Origin: Octopus vulgaris
Lineage: Eukaryota
Assembly (NCBI GenBank): GCA_951406725.2
Contig: OX597832.1
Coordinates: 16,244,001 to 16,308,000, forward strand
Reading direction: 5' to 3'
Length of the DNA: 64,000 nucleotides
Within the stretch, counting starts at the first letter, position 1, and the number at the start of each line of letters is the position of its first letter. The notes beneath the pieces are model-generated. The model saw only the letters and a program-made list of their open reading frames with translations, did no database searches and had not been told where the DNA came from. Of this stretch, positions 54,353 through 64,000 are shown piece by piece. The position numbers and the translations under genes are program-made.

Positions 54353-55305
54353 ATGGATAATTCGGAAATTCGTATAATTTTGAAACATGAGTTCTTTCTT
54401 GGAAATACAGCATCATAGACAGCTCAGAATATTAAAGGAGTATTTCGTTCGAATGTTATTACACAGCAGGCAGTATCAAATTGGTTTCCAAAATTTCATT
54501 TTGTTAACATTTACTTCATAAATGAGGAAAGCAGTGGACCAGAAACAAGGTGGATGATGGCAAACTGAAAGCCACTGTCGACTCAGCTGCATCTGAAAGT
54601 GCCCGTGAATTGTATAAGTTGTTTGCTGTTAGCGAGCAAATATAATTTGCTCACCTACTCCAAATCGGTAAAGTGAAAGAATTGGATGAGTGGGTTCCAC
54701 GTGAACTCAATAAAAATCAGAAACTGCAACGTTACAAGCCTCCAATATGTACTTTCTCGTCAAAGGAAGGAATCATGTTTTAATCGAATTGTAACGTATG
54801 ATGAGAATGAATGCCATACAACAGCCGTAAACTTTGAGCATGATGCCTGGACAAAGATGAGTCACCAAAACACAGTCCAAAAAGCAAAATTCATCAAACG
54901 ACGCTGATGGAGTGAGTTTGGTGGTCTGGCGCATCAATCACGACCGAAGTATACTGTAGCCAACTGGACCAAATGATGCAGAAATATATAAAAAGCAGCT
55001 TAGTTTAATCAACAGATCCACTCCTATTTTATCGCAAGGCAATGCCTAGTCACACATCGGAAAAATAACATTGGCGAAACAACAGGAGTTGCAGTTGGAA
55101 GACATCCATTATCCGCCATACTCACCTATTGCCCCCTGATCTTTCCTTTGATAGGAAAAAGATATAATTCCGACGATGCTATAAATCAGGCGTCCCAAGA
55201 TTTTATTGACTGTAGATTGCAAAAATTTCACAGTTCTGGGCTGGACAACTACTGCTGAAATTGCAAAAATGTATTGACAATATGGGTGCATTCTTTGAAG
55301 AATAA
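54353..55305 (+). pseudogene. Near full-length mariner transposase pseudogene (Hsmar1/cecropia-like)
   Basis: MDNSEIRIILKHEF..TAQNIKGVF..VSNWF; KVKELDEWVPREL (WVPHEL motif); FNRIVTYDE; PPYSP-like motif near 55110; ends GAFFEE*; many stops and frameshifts. Confidence 0.9.
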
Positions 55306-57399
55306 AACTATTCTTTGTATTTATAAATTATTAGGAAACTTTATTTTCTTTTCTACAAATTTCATACTTGACGAAATAACACGTTTTGGGTTGCATTGTA
55401 CTTTCGTGTGCCCGAAATATATTTTCACTAGAATCATAAGCGATGTCTAAAATTCTTTTTATGCATTAATTTTTCTCTGTATACACCTTAAAACTAAACT
55501 GCAATAAAATTATATGAATGGAAATTGAAGGCATTTTATTATTTACCAGAAGAGACTTTGTCATGAAATATTTCTTTCTTCAACACCTAATTGCTGAACA
55601 AAATATATTATATATATTTTCTTGTAGCATGTAGGAATTCATTTCCCACTGTTATACCGTTTACTTGGAGACACAGATATCTTTAGAAATACTACAAAGT
55701 TTTCCGTGTCTCTAATACATCTATTCACAGTGGCATTTTTCCTGAGATTGCTAGTTGTGGCAAATATAACTTGTTGCAGCGGAAGTCAGTGGCTTACGTT
55801 ATTTGAGTTAGCCTGCGAGTGTACGTAAATTGGAAGTGTATCACCACACTGATAGCATTCTTCGACTAAGTGGTTTGAAGTCCATATCACATTTACTCAC
55901 ATCATGGAATTTTGCTAATATACATCGTGTTTTATACTAACTAAAATGTGTAACAACAGAAATTCCTCCGAAATATAAAGACACTCACCTTTCGTAGTTT
56001 GAAACACGATCTCATGAAATAGATGATAAAATAAGTTGGCTTAATCTGCACAGACTTGGCAGCAGCAGGCCAGTGGGAGCAACGGAGATCAGTAGTAACA
56101 TAAAACTATGCTACACTAAAAAAAATTATGCAAGCCTAAACACTTCAATGATTTCTATATAATCGGCGTACAGCTTATGTAACGTCGAAGGCGTTTCCTA
56201 CATTTGCGGAAGGAGTCGATAAACCTCCCTTCAAGTTTTCTTTCAAATAACATTGATTTTGTATATGAATAGATAATTGATAAGCCTTTTTGTGAGGTGA
56301 GGTACATAAAATGACTTAAATCGAAATACTTCTGAGACTTCATTGTACCCTTCGAAATTATCACCGTTAGTATCGTTTTTCTAGACCTTTACTAATTTCG
56401 CTGGTAAAAAAGACAAAAGAAAAACCAAAATAATTCTTTTGTGTTGGAGCTAGTGTCATGAGCATTCACATTCGCTTTGTTTCAGAATCAATCGCTAGCC
56501 AATGTCTTTGAAAATATTCATAGGTTTCTAATTTTACGTTTATTAGATCTTTTGTCAGGAACTTAAAGAACGTTCCTGCATTAGCTCATTTACAATTTGG
56601 CACGTAATTTCTGTCTGAAGAGAAATGTCTCTAAATCTCAAACGTAGTTTTATGCTTAAGTTCTGAATCAGAAAGAATTTTGCTTCGTCGAAAATGTTTC
56701 TAGTTTTAGTATTTTGAAGATAGTAATATTATATATATAATGTATTATTAGTGGCTTTACTCTTTTCAACATGCTATTGTTGCCTTTAATAGCAAGGAAC
56801 TGATTTATATTTTCGTTTTATGTGGCAACACTTTACACAAGGATGAAAGCTTTTGCAGCACCATAAGATATGCTGCCATTCCTCTAGTAAAATGATATTC
56901 ATGCAGCATATTTTATGATCACATACGTAATAAAAAATCGAATTTCATTTCTTTCTCTAGAAACTAAACTCTATTTTGAAAATAGTTTGTAATCCCAAAC
57001 GTTGTGTTGCAAATATAAAGAAAACACAAAGGATTAAATATGAAATGGAAATAATACGAAATGTATGAACAAATTATACGAACTATAAGTCAAGTCTTTC
57101 GTTAACTTACGCAAGTATAATCATGAAAATTACATTCTTCTTGTTGGTATAATTCTGAGGCTCCCTGTAAAGATTCCTCTGTCTTCTCACAGTTAATTTG
57201 GGTATCTTATTAAAAGCAAATTTCACTAAAGGAACACCGAGCAGAGGAAAAAAAACAGAAAAGATATCCTATGTTCTTTATCTACTTTGCTAAACAAAAA
57301 TCATCAACACATAACTAGATTTGCCCCCTAATGGACCAAAATGGATGATATCCTAATGATTCCTCACAGATGTGCGCATTCGTAAGTCAACAATACAGC

Positions 57400-57730
57400 A
57401 GTGCTTTCTATCAACGTATGATCGACAAAAGAGTGCGGAATCTAAATGAATTTCTTGAACCCCAGGACTGCAATAGACAGCACTATAGAGTATCAAGGCT
57501 ACTTTCTACTCCATCAAGATTGCCGACACAGCAGTGCAACAGTTTGGCTTTCAAGGGTCCACAAATAATCAGCATTCTGACAACCAGCCTCAGAAATTTG
57601 TGATGTGCAGGATTTCAAAGAACGTAAGGACAATTTTTATCTGAGTTAACTGATGAACCTACATTGTCACTGAAGTAGCAGCCCTGAGCATCACCGTACA
57701 ACTAACTACTACACCAGAAAGAAAGCAGGA
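57400..57730 (+). mobile_element. Decayed CR1-superfamily LINE 3' end
   Basis: STPSRLPTQQCNSLAFKGPQIISILTTSLRNL..DFKERKDNFLSELTDEP, same pattern as 53840-54000. Confidence 0.6.
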
Positions 57731-57831
57731 CATAAACTCAATAGCACTGAATGATTCACCATAGCTGGCTTGGCTTCTGGGCCAGTATTCTACCTTATAG
57801 GCACGCTATTAAGTCGGAGGTGTATCCATTG

Positions 57832-57948
57832 GCAGCTGAGTGGACTGGAGCAAATTGAAACGAAGAGTTTGGCTCAGGAACAGAAGGCGCTGCCCGGTCC
57901 GGTAATAGAATCTATAATCTAGGAATCCTGAATGCAAAACCTTAACTT
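57832..57948 (-). mobile_element. Degenerate SINE head/core (9390-9697 family)
   Basis: CAGCTGAGTGGACTGGAGCAA..GAAACGAAGAG..GCTCAGGAACA. Confidence 0.6.
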
Positions 57949-58940
57949 CGCAGATTCACACTCGTGAGTGCGCACACACACATACATACTCACATACCTC
58001 TATATGTGCGTTTATGTGTATGTGTGTGTGTGTTCCTGTATTCATATATCTATATACCGTTTATATCCACTGTGTATACACTTCTCATTTTTATTTAAAA
58101 TTTATTGTAGAAAGATAAGTCTGTAATTTTACATAGAATCGAACAAAAGCCACACTAGTGCATAAGCGCAGACTAATGATATATAACAATCGCCATCAAC
58201 ATTAGTTTCAAGAAAAGAAACACGTCCACAAGACAAAACCAAGATGAAAATAACTAAAAATATCCATACGAGAAAAATGATAATAAAACAAACATTTTTA
58301 CTCAAAACGTATGAATACAAGGAACGGCTGAACAATAGTTTAGCCTATAAATTATGAACAGGAACGGCTTAATATCTACTAATGTAAATAGATATATCTT
58401 GGCAGATGAAAAATCCTATTCTGTATTGAATAGAAAGTGAAATATATATTCCAGCAAGGACATTTCAATGGATCAACGAGGTTGTTTTTACTTTATTTTC
58501 CTGATTTTATTATTCTAGTTTTATAAACATATACTTGCATACAGACATAAATGTATCTGTGTGCTTGTGCGGGCGCGTATATATATACATATATGTACGT
58601 ACATATATGTATACAGTACACAGGCTCCTATATATGTACGTTCTTTCTATCGTATATGTATGAGTATTATATATTGACTGTTGTCTGTGGCTTCGTACTC
58701 CAAATTCGGAAATGACATGAAGTCTGGGAACGTGATGCGAAGAAAGAAGTCCTATAGAATTCAATTGAAATATGACAATCATCCGTCACACACAAAAGCT
58801 CACTGACACAAACGTAGTCACATAGATACGCAGTGACTTACTAACTAGCATATGTGTGTGTGTGCATGTGTGTATAACCCAGTGTGTATAAGTATATACA
58901 TATATGTATATACATATGCATTTATATATCTATATATATA

Positions 58941-58993
<53 letters not shown>

Positions 58994-59139
58994 GGAGAGA
59001 GAGAGAGAAAGAAAGAGTGCATGAATATGTATTGTATTTAATTCATGAAACTACCTAGATATAGCTTTTAATGTGTGTACATTCTGTACGAAGCCTACAA
59101 ACCCTTAAATCACATAGAGCAGTATCAAATTGATTTTCA

Positions 59140-59153
59140 TAGTAGTAGTAGTA

Positions 59154-59201
<48 letters not shown>

Positions 59202-59225
59202 TTAATAATAATAATAATAATAAAT
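59140..59225. repeat. (TAG)n/(TAA)n microsatellite
   Basis: direct. Confidence 0.95.
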
Positions 59226-59254
59226 AAAGGCATCTTAAATATGGAGCTCAAAAA

Positions 59255-59685
59255 CAGATAAAATCAGAAAGAATATATTCACAGACACTAAAGATTTGGG
59301 ACCTATATACACTGGAAGCTATGCCAACACTATGGAAATGCAACAGAAAAAAACACATTTTAAGCACACGCCAGGAAAGTGAGAAATCCACCATACTATA
59401 GGATATGCCAATACACACAGATAAGGAAATGAAGTCCAATAGGCCGGATGTAGTTGTCAGCGATCTTCAAGAAAATACATTCTAATCGATATATCAATGC
59501 CAACGGCGGACGACGTTTGCCTAAAAGAAATGTGGAAACTTTCAAAATACAAAGAACTTGAAATACGAGTAACTCGAATGGGGAGTCTAAACACGGAAAC
59601 AACTCCTATCATAATAGGCGCATCGGGTATGTAACAAAAACTGTTCTGACAAATATATAACAAAAACGCCAGAATTAAATTATAT
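59255..59685 (+). mobile_element. Dong/R4-type LINE restriction-like endonuclease region
   Basis: KEYIHRH, GTYIHWKLCQHYG, TIL*DMPIHTDKEMKSNRPDVVV, LIDISMP, KEMWKLSKYKELEIRV, TTPIIIGASG. Confidence 0.88.
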
Positions 59686-59696
59686 ATATATATATA

Positions 59697-59783
59697 AACG
59701 CTAAGTGACAGGGACATAAACACACCAGCATCGGTTGTCAAGCAATGCTTGGGGGACAAACACAGACACACAAACATACACGC

Positions 59784-59846
<63 letters not shown>

Positions 59847-60003
59847 TACGACGGGCTTCTTTTAGTTTCCTCGACCAAACCCACTCAGAAGGTTTTGGTC
59901 AGCCCGAGGCTATAGTAGAAGACACTTGGCCAAGGTGCCACGCAGTGGGACTGAACCCGGAACCATGTGGTTGGTAAACAAACTACTTACCACACAGCCA
60001 CTC
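59697..60003 (-). mobile_element. tRNA-derived SINE (49822-50228 family), 3'-truncated
   Basis: Collinear with 49966-50228. Confidence 0.9.
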
Positions 60004-60292
60004 TAGCGCTTATATATATAATATACATAAAACATAGCTCAACTGAATACAGCACACATCCTACGTAGATCTGACTGAACGTCAGTCACCGTAAGCAACT
60101 TAACCGGGATTTTTTCTGTTCAGTGCTTTTCATTGTTGGTCAGCGTGGGCATGCCTCAACAGGTGCCGAGCTGAAATGCCCACTTGCTTATCCTGGTTAA
60201 TCTTTGCTCTTGTCACCACTTCGTATTCTCTTAGGTATCCTCTTAGGAGACGTGCGATACTATAACGGTGATGTCACCAAACTTCAGCATAA

Positions 60293-60400
<108 letters not shown>

Positions 60401-61439
60401 TGAATGAGAGTAAGGGAGACAGACATATAGGGAACACTATGTAGAAAAATTATTCAAGGGAAGATTCGAGCTGATATGCAAGGAATGATATTGTTGATCA
60501 CATTGCACATCAGACGTATATTGTCACAATTACGAATTCGGTAGTTCGTAATTTGTCTGAATTGTAATTGATTTGCAAAACTTTTAATGTGAATTCTCGT
60601 GCCAAACCAAATTGTTTGCCACGGGTGGGTCACTGCCTCAAAAATCATAACACGCACGCTGGATCAGCATCAATTCTTAATTGTTAATTAATTTCTTGAA
60701 TATCTAACCAACGGACTATTCCATTGTTTTATTTTTATCTGCTTAAAAATCAAGGGTTTGGAAGTCAAAGAATTGTTTATACTCCACCACTCCTTCATCG
60801 TCTTTTGAGACTCTAAATAGACTTCGAACAAAGAGGGAATGTCATTGAATAAGTGGCGATATAGCGACAAAAGGTTCTTAAAGTATAATGACTAATTGAT
60901 TATTCAGACAACACATTAATCAAACGATCGGCTGGTTCCTACGATATATATTTGAACAATTGACTAACAATTAACAAAGGTCTTTGACAACTAAGCAGCC
61001 GATAGATTGTATTAAGGATGTAAAAATATGTCGGATCCATTGTAGGAATTTTTAATAAAACTTTCTTGTATGCCATTTTTAATCGTTTATGATTCTGTAT
61101 ATATATACACGTTTGAGTCTCTGTATGGGAGAGTGTTTGTGCGTGTGGGCCCCCGTAATTACACAGATAACAAACGTCTTCATAGTTTTAGCCGTATAAG
61201 TAACATTCGAAACTATGCGTGGGCCGTCACTTAAGATCTTCCGTCAACACGACGAACACAGACTATCAAATCCATGCGTGCCCACGTAGATAGAGAACCA
61301 AACGCGCATGCATTTAGAAGCGTAAATGTACGCGAATGCCTTTATGGTTAACTCGAAAATTGTAAAAGGATAACTAACATTAATGTTCCTCTCCAGATTA
61401 CTTCTTTACGAAATTGGCAGGAATCTAACAATGCAACAA

Positions 61440-61700
61440 TAATAACAATAATTACTGTGATTATGATGACGAAAATGATGGTGATGATGAAGATGATGAT
61501 GATGATAACCATCATCATCACCATCCTCATCGTCATAACTGTTTCATCACCACCATCTTCATCATTATCTTCATGATTACTATTTTGGCGCTGATCAATG
61601 ATAATGATAATCCTATGGACTTTGATGATGATGATGATGATGATGATTACGATGATGATGGTGAGGATGATGATGAGGATGACGATGATGACGGCGGTGA
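61440..61700. repeat. (GAT)n-(CAT)n-(GAT)n trinucleotide tract with polarity switches
   Basis: direct. Confidence 0.9.
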
Positions 61701-62044
61701 GGACATTACAATGTTAGGAAAAAAAAACCCGTCAACGCACTTCTGAAATCTATTTTACAGAATAATATAGCTGTAAATTATAATAGCATTGTCAATATAA
61801 ATCTTCAAGTATAAGAATATTTTCTTATTAAATTCTTATCTGAGTTCTATTTAATGATGTTTTCAATGGACGTATTTAAATATATGAGGTTAATAAAATG
61901 TATCTGGTTCATTTATGCATTTCCTGACTATGTTTTTCACTTTCATAATTCCCTGTCTATATTTATATATATATATATATATATATATGATGAATGTTTG
62001 GACCATTGATTATATATGAGGTAAGTTGTCATGCATGTAATCAT

Positions 62045-62800
<756 letters not shown>

Positions 62801-64000
62801 CAAATTCGTTCGTGTTCCTTTCAGCACACAAGCAAGAACACTCATTCTTCGATTGGTCTGTTTGTTTGAGATTCTGGCTCTCTGTGTCCCTATTTTTTTG
62901 TTTCCCTTCTTATATTAGTATGTGTGTCATAGTTCATTCAAGCATTAACAATTCATATATTTAAATTTAGAAGCTTAGATGAAGTGAGAGATTGGTATAC
63001 AAATATAGAATACGACAGGTTTATCCATGAATTTCCTGAAATGTTCCCCAACATTGAGTAATGGCATGGTTTCTATATATTATTTCATTGCTTTCGTTTA
63101 ATATTTGGAAAATATATTTACTACTTCTTTACAAGTGATAGCATCTTTAGTCTTAAATAAAATCGAGAAACTTTATACATTTATGGATTTCATTTTCCCG
63201 TTTTAGTTATTTGTTTTTTAATATTTTCCTTTCTTTTTATTCTTCCAAATTTGGCGTTATTTCTGGAATAGTGAAATAAAAATCACAAACACGCTGTAGA
63301 AACAAAGATTTATAGTTTAGCCTTCTATATAAAATATTTTATACTCAAGCAAACATTGACAATATTTTATATTCATTTCCAAATCTTTCGTAATCTTTAG
63401 TTTGTATTTTTGTGAAACAATTCTTTATTTACTTTTTCTAGCTCTTTTACATAGAAATATACACATATAAGTGTGTGCATAGAGTAGTTTCCAGCAGGTG
63501 GTTGTGTTTATGAATGTATATGTATAATGAAGTGCGCACGCATAAACTTCATCGATTCTTTTTAGGGACAGAAATATTAGCAACAAATAAATTGTAAGTT
63601 GTCGTCGTATATATTTTGTCCATTCATATTTTTTCCAGAGATATTTATTGTTTTGTTTATGTGGTACTATTTGCGTCGTTTTGCTTCTTTTCATTATTTT
63701 AGCTGGTGTGATTATAAATATAGGAGAGATTTAAAACAAAATTGTGCTTACATGAGATATATATCTTGTTACGCAAAATGTTTTTACACGGAAAATATAT
63801 GTACCGACATTATTATAGCCAATATTATAGCCGCTTTGATACAAAATCTTAAACTTTTACAAATCACAATAGTCATCGAAATATACATGGAGGCGAACTC
63901 TGTACGCTAGAACTTTATGAGCACACACACGCGCATGCAGACGTAAATATAAATGTGGCATCTTGACCAAGTGGTTAGAGTTTTCTTGACCAAGTTATTA

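Overview
AT-rich, microsatellite-saturated eukaryotic non-coding DNA. The SINE repertoire and repeat density point to a coleoid cephalopod, most likely Octopus (inference, not verified by search). I found no intact protein-coding gene; almost all ORFs in the track are microsatellite translations or decayed transposon fragments. Recognisable content: four decayed Dong/R4-type LINE fragments, an RTE LINE relic interrupted by a Tc1/mariner-type MITE and by an LTR plus tRNA-Ser primer-binding site, three CR1-type LINE 3' ends, several mariner/maT transposase pseudogenes, and about 18 tRNA-derived SINE copies. The most interesting signal is a recurring set of degenerate minimal type-I hammerhead-ribozyme motifs of the Penelope-like-element kind. 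Several sit in fold-back inverted repeats of different ages inside (TA)n tracts. Other notable items are a tandem pair of tRNA-shaped units with a compensatory change, SINE multimers with a recurrent hairpin junction, and a perfect 156-bp copy pasted into a (TA)n tract. Coordinates were read by eye, and boundaries are approximate unless stated.
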